Part shown: one piece after another, positions 1-9,704 of the stretch
Layout: each line of letters begins with the position of its first letter
How positions within the stretch are numbered: position 1 is the stretch's first letter
Origin: Chlamydiia bacterium
Lineage (GTDB): Bacteria; Chlamydiota; Chlamydiia; Chlamydiales; JBMOFD01
Assembly (NCBI GenBank): GCA_049314435.1
Contig: JBMOFD010000004.1
Location: 1 to 44,485 of the forward strand
Reading direction: 5' to 3'
Length of the DNA stretch: 44,485 nucleotides
Made by a program: the position numbers and the translations under genes
The notes under the pieces: generated by a model
The model's input: the letters and a program-made list of their open reading frames with translations, nothing else
Databases searched by the model: none
Told to the model about the DNA's origin: nothing

Positions 1-42
1 ACTCATCGCGATCATAAGGCCAAATGCCAGCCGGTATTTCAT
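1..42 (-). CDS. 5' end of a gene running off the window, signal-peptide-like N-terminus (MKYRLAFGLMIAMS...)
   Basis: Minus-strand ATG at 42-40 preceded by GGAGG (52-48); basic then hydrophobic N-terminus; frame open to the window edge. Confidence 0.5.
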   Translation of the reverse strand, partial: MKYRLAFGLMIAMS

Positions 43-311
43 CGGAACCTCCATCGATGTCATTATCTGGTTTCCGTATGTAGCGGATTGCCTCGATTAT
101 AAATAGAGAACCCGAGGGTCAGGTAGGACGCTATAAGGCCATGAGAGAACCGCTGGTCAGGATGGTCGCCAGCCCTTGCCCAAGCGGCCTGTGTCTAAGA
201 CAGAAAAAGCGCCACAAGCGATCCCGCTGATGCCATGTGGACCCCGAATCAAGGCTTCTCCAGCGGAGTCGAAAAAGTGCTCTAGTTTGGCCGCCCTGAG
301 AAGCCAAGCGA

Positions 312-347
312 GATGGCTTGATGGTTTTTACTAAGGAGATGAATAAT
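312..347 (+). promoter_or_regulatory. Putative sigma70/sigma66-type promoter of the 374 gene
   Basis: TTGATG (318-323), 18-nt spacer, AATAAT (342-347); the same architecture recurs exactly 990 nt downstream, in front of the paralog. Confidence 0.55.
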
Positions 348-373
348 AGCTCGCCCCATGTTCAGGTTTTTCT

Positions 374-1285
374 ATGCCTACTCCTATTTCCTCTAATTCA
401 AGCCACTACGCTGCGGGAATGGCTGGCTTAGAGCAGTCACGCGAGTCGCAAGTGAGTTCTCATGGTAGTCTCAGTGAGGTCATTGAGGATGAACCACCGG
501 TTGCATGTCTTAAGCCGAGGCCAAGGGCAGGTGGACATCTTGAGTTCTTTGGGTGGACAAGAGAGCCCATCGTATGGCCTCTGCCTGGAGCCGCAGGGCG
601 CGGTGCCGGACCTTTTTTAGAAGTGGAACGAGGTCGCTTCGGTCGGCAGAGTATGCAGTCAGCCTGCAAGGTGTCCGAGGCGCTAGAGCATCTTCGCATC
701 TTCGGAGATAGCATGCCCTTTCTATGTGAACGTCTGGATCAGCTAACGCGGCGGTCTCAGGAAGTAAGGTCTTCGTTTTTGTCGGAACCGCGCAAGGACA
801 TGCAAGAGATCTATGTGAAGAGTCGGATAGCGAGTAGGCCTGGCAGTGGATCAGATGTTCAGGCCCCAACGGACGTGGTTTCTGTGTCTTCTAAGGAAGA
901 CGCGATGCGTCGGATGATTGAGCTATACAACACCTATCGGGAACGATTTGAAGCCTTTCAAGCTTGGGTAGGTTCACGTCAGGAGTGGGTATTACAACTT
1001 GCGCCCGAGGAGCAACGCTACTGGCACGAGGTACAAGCGGACACCATCATCCAAGAGTGTCTTGAGTGGAGTGAAAAGGTCGAACGTTCCTTAAGGCAAT
1101 CTCTGCAGACCCTTTGCCTGATGATGCCTTCTGCGAAGTTAGCTTCCGCGGCGGTTCTTAAGCTAGAGATCAATAGCCCACCCGATGTGCGACGCGTGGT
1201 ACTTCAATCGCTAGCCGATGCATTGTCTGGAGTTCCGCGCTCGGAACCTAAGAGTCGTCCTGTAGACATGCTTCCAGATCCATAG
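374..1285 (+). CDS. Hypothetical protein, Ser-rich disordered N-terminus plus helical C-terminal domain; paralog of 1364..2428; candidate secreted effector
   Basis: 303-aa ORF; its C-terminal segment (MRRMIELYNTYRE...ADTIIQECLEWSEKVERSLRQSLQTLCL) aligns by eye with the next ORF. Confidence 0.75.
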   Translation: MPTPISSNSSHYAAGMAGLEQSRESQVSSHGSLSEVIEDEPPVACLKPRPRAGGHLEFFGWTREPIVWPLPGAAGRGAGPFLEVERGRFGRQSMQSACKVSEALEHLRIFGDSMPFLCERLDQLTRRSQEVRSSFLSEPRKDMQEIYVKSRIASRPGSGSDVQAPTDVVSVSSKEDAMRRMIELYNTYRERFEAFQAWVGSRQEWVLQLAPEEQRYWHEVQADTIIQECLEWSEKVERSLRQSLQTLCLMMPSAKLASAAVLKLEINSPPDVRRVVLQSLADALSGVPRSEPKSRPVDMLPDP

Positions 1286-1301
1286 GTAGAGGCACATCTC
1301 T

Positions 1302-1337
1302 GATGTCTTGAGGAAATCCATTATTCAGATGAATAAT
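1302..1337 (+). promoter_or_regulatory. Putative promoter of the 1364 gene (duplicated with the gene)
   Basis: TTGAGG (1308-1313), 18-nt spacer, AATAAT (1332-1337); AGATGAATAAT starts 37 nt before the start codon in both paralogs. Confidence 0.55.
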
Positions 1338-1363
1338 GGATTTCCTACATTGGAGGGCTTTCC

Positions 1364-2428
1364 GTGTTTCCTGTCATCGGTCCATTAATCGGTCCATTAA
1401 ATGTTTCGCTGGATGGTTCTTCTAGCGCTAAAGGCCCGTCCACCCCAGTCAGTGCTCGATCCACTGGCTCGTGGAGGAGTTCTCCTTCCCAGGAGGGGTT
1501 TGTGGAGGCGGGTGGAAGGATGGAGGAGGTGGTGGCTGACTGCCTCAATCAGCCGCGATCGTCGCATGGCTCGCGTCATGGGTCTCCTGGCCTGATGAAC
1601 CAGCGAGTTCGACCTCTTTCCGCCGGATCGAAGCGGACCAGCAGCGCCTCCTTAGAAGCAGGAGATGATCTTCTTGGACATGTTCATCCGGAAGTCTTTG
1701 TACTCAAGTTGCCTCAATCGAGAGTCAATCATCTTCGGTCCGAGAGGCCAGACAGTCCAGCGATCACATCATCAAATCAGGCGAAGTTAGATGTCTTCCC
1801 AGCTATTCCAGCGGGAGTTGCGGATGCCATAAGGCCCTTATTGAACTATGGGGACAAGATCTCTGCCCTCTGCCAAGAGGTTGAAGATCTAAGAGGGGTT
1901 TCTCAGGAAGCGAGATCGGCAGTGGAAGGGGTCGCGTGCCAGATGATGCAAGAGATTCGTGATAGGGGCCAAACGTTATGTGGAGCCTCGCTGTTCGAAG
2001 GGTCTCATGTCCATGAGGTCGCCCACAGCTCTCGAGGCGTGGTCACTAAGCAAGCGTCGATGAGCCGTCTCATCCACCTCTATCTGAAGTATCGTGACTG
2101 CATGAGCGTTTTTAAAGAATGGACGACCGCTCGACAGGATGCCCACGGCTTACCAGAGGTGCAGCAATACTTACACAGCCATTCGGCTGATACCGTCATC
2201 CGGGATTGTCTTGACTGGAGTAAGGAGATCGAGCGCCTGCTAAGGAATGCACTTCATACGCATTGCCTTGCTGTTCCGTCTGTGCAGCCTTGGGCCCATC
2301 AACTGGGGGCTCTGAAGGCTGACACCCCTCTTGATGATGTGCGAGCAGTACTTGGCAGATTTTTAAGGAAGTTGTTGCCAGTGCAGGCGAGTAGACAGCT
2401 TTTTGTGGACCGCGAGTCTCCTGTCTAA
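1364..2428 (+). CDS. Hypothetical protein, paralog of 374..1285; candidate secreted effector
   Basis: 354-aa ORF with Ser/Gly/Pro-rich N-terminus; MSRLIHLYLKYRD...ADTVIRDCLDWSKEIERLLRNALHTHCL matches the upstream paralog. Confidence 0.75.
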   Translation: MFPVIGPLIGPLNVSLDGSSSAKGPSTPVSARSTGSWRSSPSQEGFVEAGGRMEEVVADCLNQPRSSHGSRHGSPGLMNQRVRPLSAGSKRTSSASLEAGDDLLGHVHPEVFVLKLPQSRVNHLRSERPDSPAITSSNQAKLDVFPAIPAGVADAIRPLLNYGDKISALCQEVEDLRGVSQEARSAVEGVACQMMQEIRDRGQTLCGASLFEGSHVHEVAHSSRGVVTKQASMSRLIHLYLKYRDCMSVFKEWTTARQDAHGLPEVQQYLHSHSADTVIRDCLDWSKEIERLLRNALHTHCLAVPSVQPWAHQLGALKADTPLDDVRAVLGRFLRKLLPVQASRQLFVDRESPV

Positions 2429-2712
2429 AAAGAGGCACTCGCGGCCTGTGAACTCTCTGCCTTAGGCCGCTTTGGTAGAAAATGGAGGCAAAAGTGAGTG
2501 TGCTTTTGTCTCGAGAAGAGATTTTGCAACTATCCGAGTTTCATTGACTTACGAACGTTTGTGGCCGCGGGCTTCATCTTCCTCTATGGAAAATATTGAT
2601 GCTCCTCATGGGCTGTGCTACAGTCCGAAAGCTTAGGGGAGAACTCTCCACCGCTTATCGCGATCGACAATAGAAGTTCGCACCAGAGAATGCTTTCAAG
2701 GAGACTTGCAAC

Positions 2713-2991
2713 ATGGCCAACACTGCTCAAAAAGGCGCACCAAAGGCGCAAAGTAAGTTTATGGCTCCGCTGAACGTGAGCGATGCTCTTGCCAAAGTTG
2801 TGGGCAAGGGACCAATGCCACGCACGGAAGTAACAAAGAAACTGTGGGCTTATATCAAAAAGAAAGGCCTCCAGGATCCCAAAAAGAAACGTATGATTGT
2901 CCCAGATGCCGACTTGGCAGCAGTCATCGGTTCCAAGCCGATCGACATGTTTGAAATGACGAAGTCCGTCAACAAACACCTGAAAGACTAG
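2713..2991 (+). CDS. Stand-alone SWIB/MDM2-domain protein (chlamydial type)
   Basis: MPRTEVTKKLWAYIKKKGLQDPKKKRMIVPDADL is the SWIB signature; AGGAG RBS. Confidence 0.95.
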   Translation: MANTAQKGAPKAQSKFMAPLNVSDALAKVVGKGPMPRTEVTKKLWAYIKKKGLQDPKKKRMIVPDADLAAVIGSKPIDMFEMTKSVNKHLKD

Positions 2992-3096
2992 CCAGCCTTT
3001 CGTCTGCATGATGGGCTGTTTGATCCCAAACGGCCCTTTCTTTCCCTCATGTCAACATGTATCATTGTCACCCTGCTCCAATTCGTGAGGTGAGCA

Positions 3097-4029
3097 TTGG
3101 CATGGCATGCTTCAGAAAGACGTCTCGTTGATGCCATTTGTGTCTCTTCCATCATCGGGATTTGGCCCCGTTTCATTGAACCGCGCTGGGTGAGACAGCG
3201 CCACATCGAGCTGCCCCTCAGCGGCTGGCAGGGCCGACCTTTCACAATCCTCCATCTCTCCGATCTGCATTGGGGCCCTGATGCCCTTAAGGGGACGCTT
3301 CTGCGAGCCTTGAGCAAGGCTGCCCAGACCACCCCAGACCTCGTCTTGTGGACAGGAGATTATCTCGTTGATGGTCAGTCCCATGACCTGGACACGCTCC
3401 GACATCTCATGGGTCTGTGCCGTGGACAGTTTGGGACCTTTGCCTCCCTCGGAAACCACGACTATGCCCAATACGTTAGCTGTGATGGAGGCCCCTGGGT
3501 CACCAAGACCGATCCCTCCAAACTCCTGCGCATCCTCCGACGGCTGCTGAAGTCAAAAACAGAATATAGCGTTAAGTATGCTCAGGAGGATCATCCAGAG
3601 CTCCTGCGGCTGCTCGAGGAGCAGGGGATTGAAGTCCTCCACAATCGCTCGAAACAGGTGCTCATCGATGGCCACACGCTTGAAATCGGTGCAACGGGTG
3701 ATCTGTGGGCAGGTCAATGTAAGGAGCTGCGGCCACACACATCGGCAAGCCTCCTCATGTGCCACAATCCCGACGGGTTAGCAGGAATGGAACAGCACTG
3801 GTCTGGGGTCCTGGCTGGGCATACACACGGTCGTCAGGTGAATATTCCAGGGCTTGCCCTGCGGTTAGCTCAAGCTCGAGGCCCCTTCACACGAGGGCTC
3901 TATCGACTGCCTGAGCAGCGCTGGGTGCACGTCTCTTCAGGGCTTGGATGCTCTTTGCCCTTCAGATTCTTCTCACCGCCCGAGATGACCTGGATCCGAT
4001 GTATTCCCTCTTTGCCGGAGTTGCCGTGA
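3097..4029 (+). CDS. lpxG: Calcineurin-like metallophosphoesterase, probably UDP-2,3-diacylglucosamine pyrophosphatase LpxG
   Basis: Motifs DLH, GD, GNHD, HNPD, GHTHG; N-terminal TM followed by WPRFIEP; position between SWIB and truA as in Chlamydia. Confidence 0.75.
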   Translation: MAWHASERRLVDAICVSSIIGIWPRFIEPRWVRQRHIELPLSGWQGRPFTILHLSDLHWGPDALKGTLLRALSKAAQTTPDLVLWTGDYLVDGQSHDLDTLRHLMGLCRGQFGTFASLGNHDYAQYVSCDGGPWVTKTDPSKLLRILRRLLKSKTEYSVKYAQEDHPELLRLLEEQGIEVLHNRSKQVLIDGHTLEIGATGDLWAGQCKELRPHTSASLLMCHNPDGLAGMEQHWSGVLAGHTHGRQVNIPGLALRLAQARGPFTRGLYRLPEQRWVHVSSGLGCSLPFRFFSPPEMTWIRCIPSLPELP

Positions 4030-4904
4030 GCTCTCAGAATCAAGAAACGGAGCCTCCAAAGGGAGAGACGATCGCGATGCTGTTGGCCTATGACGGTCAG
4101 CCCTATTGCGGTTGGCAGAGGCAATCCGAAGGGGTGAGTGTGCAGTCGGTTGTTGAGAGTGCGCTCTCGATTCCTTGTCGAGTGCCCATCTCCATCATTG
4201 GTGCTTCACGTACCGATGCGGGAGTCCACGCATGGGGACAGGTGGCGCATGCTCACATACCTCATGGGATCGACCCAGCACGTCTGTTCAAGAGCCTCAA
4301 TGGCCTTCTCCCAGACCCGGTTCGTTGTCGTGCTCTGGTGAGGGTGCCAGAGAGGTTCCATAGTCAGTTATGGGCCAAGGGGAAGCTCTACACCTATCGC
4401 ATTCAATGTGGCCCCGTGCGCGACCCTTTGCGCCGGACGATGACGGCCCACTGGCCTTACGCCTACGATCTCGAGCGAATGCGCGCCTTCAGTCAGCGAT
4501 TCATCGGAACCCATGATTTCGCGGCGTTTGCGAACTCCAATACGGAGGGCCAAGCCGGTAGAGATAGCGTTCGCACTGTGTGGAGTATGGAGATCCAGCA
4601 GGTGGAGGACGAGCTCCGCATCCATGTCGAGGGGAACGGATTCCTCTACAAGATGGTGCGCAATCTGGTCGGCGCTCTCCTAGAGCTGGGCCAGGGACGG
4701 CTCACAGAAGAGCAGCTTCTTACTGGATGGCAGAGCTGCGATCGAGCCCTCCTGCCGCCCCCCGCCCCTGCTGAGGGCCTCTGCTTGATGCGCATCGACT
4801 ATGCTGAGGGTTTGGGTGGGGGCGGGGTCTGGAGCTCTGCTCCAGACCTCGCTGGAGGGCTGCACCCTCCAGACCACCCAATTGGTAAATTGGAAAGGTC
4901 TTAG
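4026..4904 (+). CDS. truA: tRNA pseudouridine(38-40) synthase
   Basis: AYDG..YCGWQ, GASRTDAGVHA, GNGFLYKMVR, APAEGL motifs; likely GTG start at 4026 overlapping the lpxG stop (GTGA) with GGAG RBS. Confidence 0.95.
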   Translation: MSSQNQETEPPKGETIAMLLAYDGQPYCGWQRQSEGVSVQSVVESALSIPCRVPISIIGASRTDAGVHAWGQVAHAHIPHGIDPARLFKSLNGLLPDPVRCRALVRVPERFHSQLWAKGKLYTYRIQCGPVRDPLRRTMTAHWPYAYDLERMRAFSQRFIGTHDFAAFANSNTEGQAGRDSVRTVWSMEIQQVEDELRIHVEGNGFLYKMVRNLVGALLELGQGRLTEEQLLTGWQSCDRALLPPPAPAEGLCLMRIDYAEGLGGGGVWSSAPDLAGGLHPPDHPIGKLERS

Positions 4905-4926
4905 TTAGGATACGGTAGGGGGTGCT

Positions 4927-5148
4927 ATGAGCTTGTTACCAGTCTTCGCCGCGGTCCTTATTTTGACCGGCTGTTCATCGCCCGACGAAGCACAGAAACA
5001 GAGGGTCCTCAGGGAGAATGCTCGAGGGGAGTACCTCCATCAGAAGTCCGGGCAACAGACCTTTGCCCTCCCTACCCCACAGCTCCAGCCGCCTCCTGCC
5101 TATCCGTGGGAGGAGCATCAGCAGCAGGCTCCGCGTCGGACTAGCTAA
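4927..5148 (+). CDS. Small lipoprotein
   Basis: 73 aa; hydrophobic signal with lipobox LILTG-C; G-rich RBS. Confidence 0.7.
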   Translation: MSLLPVFAAVLILTGCSSPDEAQKQRVLRENARGEYLHQKSGQQTFALPTPQLQPPPAYPWEEHQQQAPRRTS

Positions 5149-5205
5149 GGTCATTGGCAAAAATCCAGGAGAACATGGCAGGTTAGCGCCAGCAGCAGGT
5201 GCACC

Positions 5206-7365
5206 ATGACCCAAGCCCTCTTGGAGAGACTCAGTGAGATCCAACGGTATGCCCGGCTGCTGGCGCACCATCCATTGGCCGAGACGCGCTTAGCCCTGCT
5301 GATGGAAGAGTGGCCGCAGGCGCCTGAGCTCATGCGTGCTCATGTCCTCTGGTGGGCACGAGCTCAGCCCCTCGAACGGCTAGTCTTCTGCTCCACAGCT
5401 TATGTCCAGGGGATGGAGTGCCTGCGCGATCTCTCCATCGAGCAGATCGATAGTCTCGTGGAGTCCCTTGAACCTACCGAGCTGTTTTGGGCCGATGAGG
5501 GCGGCCTGCTGGGGTATCAGAGTCAGTTGCTGCAGCTCCTAGTCGCTCATCAGCACACCGCCTCCTTAAGCTTTCACCAGCCGCCGCTAGAACGTCTGCC
5601 TTCTTCGGGTGAGACGAGCGCGCGGGCCTTGGACCGCGCTGACTGGGCCAGAGTGTGGCAGGGCCTGCAGGCTCTCCATCACATGGCAGAGATCTACCCT
5701 GTGGGTGGGGCGGGAGACCGCCTTGACCTACGACATCCCGAGACCCAAGAACCTCTTCCCGTGGCGATGTTGCCCTTTGCGGGGAAGACTCTCCTCGAGG
5801 GGCTGATTGAGGACCTGCAAGCTAGAGAGTGGCTTCTCTTTCGTCTGACCGGACAGCGTGTGCGCTGCCCGGTCGCTATGATGACGAGCTGGGAGAAGGA
5901 CAACCACCGGCACATCTATCAGCTCTGCGAATCCAAACAGTGGTTTGGACGAGGACGCTCCTCGTTTCGTCTCTTTTCCCAGCCGTTAGTTCCCGCCATC
6001 GATGTGGAGGGTAAATGGATCTTTCTGGAACCCGGACGTGTCCTTCTTAAGCCAGGCGGGCATGGAGCGATCTGGCGTTTGATGGAGGAGCGGGGAGTCT
6101 TGCAATGGCTTAGAGAGCAGAGCAGGACCTTCGGTCTCACCAGACAGATCAACAATCCCCTGGCCGGCAGTGATACAAACCTGCTTCTCCTTGCTGCTTA
6201 CGGTGAGGAGCGCGAGGCCGCTGTGGGATTCCTCAGCTGCGCGCGCAAAGTGGGAGCCGCCGAGGGCATGATCGTGCTTGTTGAGGAGGCACTGGCTCAC
6301 CGCTACTGCTACACCCTACAGAACATCGAATACACCGACTTTCTCCAGCTGGGTTGGCAGGATCAGCCCGCGATACCTGGTGGGGATGAGTCACCCTTCC
6401 CCGCCAATACCAACATCCTCTACGTCTCTCTAGACGCCGTTGAACAGGCTCTCAGCCGTGCCGAACATAAAGGGGAGCTCCTCAACCTCAAACCCGCTCG
6501 AGTACTCTTTCCTAGTGGTCCCAGAGAGATGGTGATCGGGCGTCTTGAATCCACCATGCAGAGTCTAGCAGAAACCTTCCCGACGCTGGAATCGACCCAG
6601 GTGGAACACCCGGAACAGCTGCCCCTTCGTAACCTGCTCCTGATGCAGGAGCGCAGCATGACGATGTCCACCGCCAAAAAGGCCTATCGCGAAGGGGAGT
6701 CGTTCTTTGAGACGCCCGTGGGATGTTATCTAGACTGGTTGGCCCTGCGACTCACCTGGTTGCGCAGCATTGGATGGACGGTGCCTTCATGCAGGCCGGG
6801 TGATCCACAACCGCCCTGTCGAGTGCGCTGGTTGCCCGCTCTCTCTCCCTTAAGGTCGATGATGGGTTCGGTGTTCGGCCGAGGCACTCTGAAAGAGGGC
6901 TCTGCTATGAGTCTTGAGGTTACAGAGGCTTCTCTATCTGGAGTGACTGTAGATGGAGCTCTGGAAGTGGTTGCCCAGCAGCCCTATGGGCGTCTTCAAG
7001 AGGGTGAGGTCGTGTTTGGAGCTGAATGCGGGCAGCTGATTTTGGAGAATGTGATGATCTCCAATCGCGGAGCCTCCAGCGCATCAGGTCCGCCCGAGCG
7101 GTGCCGCATTCTCCTGAAGGGAGCCTCCCGGTTTGTGGCTCGCGGCGTCACCCTTTCTGGAGAAAGGGAATGGATCGTAGAGGATGGCGAGTGTGTCGAA
7201 CTTTCCCAGGACGCCAAAGGCGTTCTGCAGGAGCGTCGTATGCCATGGAGCCCTCAGTGGATTTGGGATCTATCGTGGAGTGATGAGGGGCCGCAGGTTC
7301 GGCCTGCCACCCAGACCCATGCGAAAATCCCGGGACCTGGAAGTAGGGTCAGCAATACCGGATAG
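5206..7365 (+). CDS. UTP--glucose-1-phosphate uridylyltransferase, UGP3-like
   Basis: EIYPVGGAGDRL, TLLEGLIEDLQARE, WFGRG..FRLFSQPLVP, KPGGHG and FPANTNILY motifs of the UDPGP family as seen in plant plastid UGP3. Confidence 0.85.
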   Translation: MTQALLERLSEIQRYARLLAHHPLAETRLALLMEEWPQAPELMRAHVLWWARAQPLERLVFCSTAYVQGMECLRDLSIEQIDSLVESLEPTELFWADEGGLLGYQSQLLQLLVAHQHTASLSFHQPPLERLPSSGETSARALDRADWARVWQGLQALHHMAEIYPVGGAGDRLDLRHPETQEPLPVAMLPFAGKTLLEGLIEDLQAREWLLFRLTGQRVRCPVAMMTSWEKDNHRHIYQLCESKQWFGRGRSSFRLFSQPLVPAIDVEGKWIFLEPGRVLLKPGGHGAIWRLMEERGVLQWLREQSRTFGLTRQINNPLAGSDTNLLLLAAYGEEREAAVGFLSCARKVGAAEGMIVLVEEALAHRYCYTLQNIEYTDFLQLGWQDQPAIPGGDESPFPANTNILYVSLDAVEQALSRAEHKGELLNLKPARVLFPSGPREMVIGRLESTMQSLAETFPTLESTQVEHPEQLPLRNLLLMQERSMTMSTAKKAYREGESFFETPVGCYLDWLALRLTWLRSIGWTVPSCRPGDPQPPCRVRWLPALSPLRSMMGSVFGRGTLKEGSAMSLEVTEASLSGVTVDGALEVVAQQPYGRLQEGEVVFGAECGQLILENVMISNRGASSASGPPERCRILLKGASRFVARGVTLSGEREWIVEDGECVELSQDAKGVLQERRMPWSPQWIWDLSWSDEGPQVRPATQTHAKIPGPGSRVSNTG

Positions 7366-7412
7366 CCGGTGCGTCATGCCGCATATGCCAGTCCCCATGA
7401 GGAAAAACTAGA

Positions 7413-7479
7413 AAATGCATAAAAATGGCACCTGTTTCCTGCTGACTTTGCAGAAAACAGGTACCAAAAATCTGCATTT
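7413..7479. promoter_or_regulatory. Long imperfect inverted repeat upstream of the AAA/DUF4143 gene (operator or hairpin)
   Basis: TGGCACCTGTTTCCTGC (7426-7442) / GCAGAAAACAGGTACCA (7450-7466), 15 of 17 complementary, plus outer AAATGCA/TGCATTT arms. Confidence 0.55.
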
Positions 7480-7497
7480 CCGGCATAAAATAGGGGG

Positions 7498-8838
7498 ATG
7501 GAAAGAATTCTTATGAGAGAGCTCGCGGCTTGGAAGGCGCGGGCTAACAGGCGACCGCTGCTATTGCGAGGCGCACGACAAGTTGGAAAGAGCTATCTGG
7601 TCGAGCAGTTCGGCAAAAAGTGCTTTGATAATCTAGTGACCGCTGATTTCGAACGGCATCCTGATTTGGCCTCCTGCTTCAAGAGCCGAGATCCTATAAC
7701 GATTTTGAAACAGTTGGAGCTCATGCTCGAGGCTCCGATTCGACCGGGCACCACACTGCTATTTCTCGATGAGATCCAAGCCTGTCCCGATGCCCTTGTC
7801 AGTTTGCGGTACTTTTGGGAGTTGATGCCCGAGCTGCACGTGATTGCAGCCGGGTCACTCATGGAGTTTTTGCTCCATGATGACCGCTACTCCTTCCCCG
7901 TAGGGAGAATTGAGTTTCTCTATTTGCACCCGATGTCCTTCTTGGAGTATCTGGCAGCCGCAGCGCCCATAGCTCATGAACGAGTCACTGCAGCGACTCT
8001 GGGTAGACCTTTGACAGAAGTCGAGCACAATGAGCTGCTGAAGTGGTTACGCCGCTACCTCTTTATTGGGGGGATGCCCGCTGCTGTACAGAGCAGCCTG
8101 GAGCAGGACTCTCTCTTAGAAGTGCAGCGGATGCACCGACTGATTTTGCAGGCATACGCTAGTGACTTCGGTAAATACGCGTCGCGCATACAGGAGCATC
8201 GATACTTGCCCATTGTATTTGGTCGAGTTCCGGTGCTTGTAGGGAACCGTTTGAAGTATTCGGCCATTGATCCAGACGTAGAGGCGCGTAGCTTAAAGCC
8301 AGCTCTCGAGCTGCTAGGACATGCTGGACTTATCCAAAGGGCGTATGCCACGACGGGTAGCGGTCTTCCTCTCCATGCGCACATGCGCGAACGGCAGATG
8401 AAGCTGTACTATCTAGATGTAGGATTGCTCCAAACCGCCTGTCATGTCGATGCCCAGGAGTTCTTTGATGGAGACATCCTGCAGATCAACCGAGGCAAGT
8501 TGGCCGAACAGCTGGTGGCTCAGGAATTGATCTCTTCCGCTCTACCTGACCAGAATGCTCCTCTCCTGTTTTGGGAGACAGAAACGGGAGGTCAGGCAGA
8601 AGTGGACTTTGTCGTCTCTGCTGGAACAAAAATCGTCCCTCTCGAGGTCAAAGCTGGATCCTTGGGTTCCATTCGCTCACTAAGGTCGTTTATGCAGACC
8701 AAGACCATTCCTCTTGGCGTTCGTATTGCCGACATGCCGCTCTCTCTGCATGGGGATCTGCTCACAGTGCCCCTCTATCTGGCGGGTGAGTGGGAGCGGT
8801 TGACGCTTGAAGCTTATGAGATGATGAGGACTTCTTAG
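7498..8838 (+). CDS. AAA_14 ATPase with DUF4143 C-terminal domain
   Basis: Walker A GARQVGKS, Walker B LLFLDEIQ, GGMP, KLYYLDVGLL and EVDFV...PLEVK. Confidence 0.92.
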   Translation: MERILMRELAAWKARANRRPLLLRGARQVGKSYLVEQFGKKCFDNLVTADFERHPDLASCFKSRDPITILKQLELMLEAPIRPGTTLLFLDEIQACPDALVSLRYFWELMPELHVIAAGSLMEFLLHDDRYSFPVGRIEFLYLHPMSFLEYLAAAAPIAHERVTAATLGRPLTEVEHNELLKWLRRYLFIGGMPAAVQSSLEQDSLLEVQRMHRLILQAYASDFGKYASRIQEHRYLPIVFGRVPVLVGNRLKYSAIDPDVEARSLKPALELLGHAGLIQRAYATTGSGLPLHAHMRERQMKLYYLDVGLLQTACHVDAQEFFDGDILQINRGKLAEQLVAQELISSALPDQNAPLLFWETETGGQAEVDFVVSAGTKIVPLEVKAGSLGSIRSLRSFMQTKTIPLGVRIADMPLSLHGDLLTVPLYLAGEWERLTLEAYEMMRTS

Positions 8839-8922
8839 GGCCCACACGATGTGGGCAGCTGTCTTGTTCCATATCGCATCGCATCGTAGAGTCTCTCCCT
8901 CGCGGTGTAGCGAGGGGTTTCT

Positions 8923-9612
8923 ATGCGCATGGTGATCATTGGCGGGAGTGCCGGGCTCGGGTTCGCAACTGCCCAGCGGGCTCTCAGCTCGAACGTGGAG
9001 CTAGTCATTGGTGGCCGCTCCGAAGAGCGGCTACAGCAGGCCAAAAAGGCCCTAGGCGGTTCGGTCACGACCTTTTCTGTCGATGTGCGTGACGAGGCTT
9101 CTGTCGAAGCTTTTTTCAAGACGGTGGGTCCCTTCGATCACCTGGTCACTCCAGGTAATAGCAGTCATCCTGGGACATTCAAGAGCACCGAAGAGGCTCG
9201 GGCTAGCTTCGATTCCAAATATTGGGGCCAGTATTTCGCTGCTAAGCATGGCCATCCGTTCATTCGAGATGGAGGCTCCATCGTCCTGTTTTCCGGTGCT
9301 TTAGGCACACGCCCTACACAAGACTGTGGGATCATGGTCTCCATCAACGGAGCCGTTGAGGCTCTTGCAAGAGCACTGGCCATGGACCTTGCTCCCCACG
9401 TGCGGGTGAATGCCATAGCGCCGGGAGCGATTGAGTCTCCGCGTCTTGCTGAACTCATGGAGAGCAATCCGGCAGTCGGTGTGTCCAATGACCAGGCTGT
9501 GCCACGCCTGGGATCCCCAGACGAGGTAGCTCAGGGCGTACTCTTCCTGTGCACCAATGGCTATATGAGCGGGTCCGTCTTGCATGTTGATGGAGGCTAT
9601 ACGCTTCGATAG
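8923..9612 (+). CDS. Short-chain dehydrogenase/reductase (atypical catalytic motif)
   Basis: IIGGSAGLG Rossmann motif, RVNAIAPG, VDGG; canonical YxxxK replaced by MVSIN. Confidence 0.88.
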   Translation: MRMVIIGGSAGLGFATAQRALSSNVELVIGGRSEERLQQAKKALGGSVTTFSVDVRDEASVEAFFKTVGPFDHLVTPGNSSHPGTFKSTEEARASFDSKYWGQYFAAKHGHPFIRDGGSIVLFSGALGTRPTQDCGIMVSINGAVEALARALAMDLAPHVRVNAIAPGAIESPRLAELMESNPAVGVSNDQAVPRLGSPDEVAQGVLFLCTNGYMSGSVLHVDGGYTLR

Positions 9613-9704
9613 GAAGTTGGTGTCGGAAAAAAAATCCATGTCCAAATTTCGGCGGCGGCTTTTTCTCTACATGAGATAATAGCGCGAGCCTGAACTGCTG
9701 GAGA

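Noticed and set aside
3948..4025. Longer truA start from the ORF track
   Set aside because: It would overlap lpxG by 82 nt; the GTGA-coupled start at 4026 with an RBS is more plausible.
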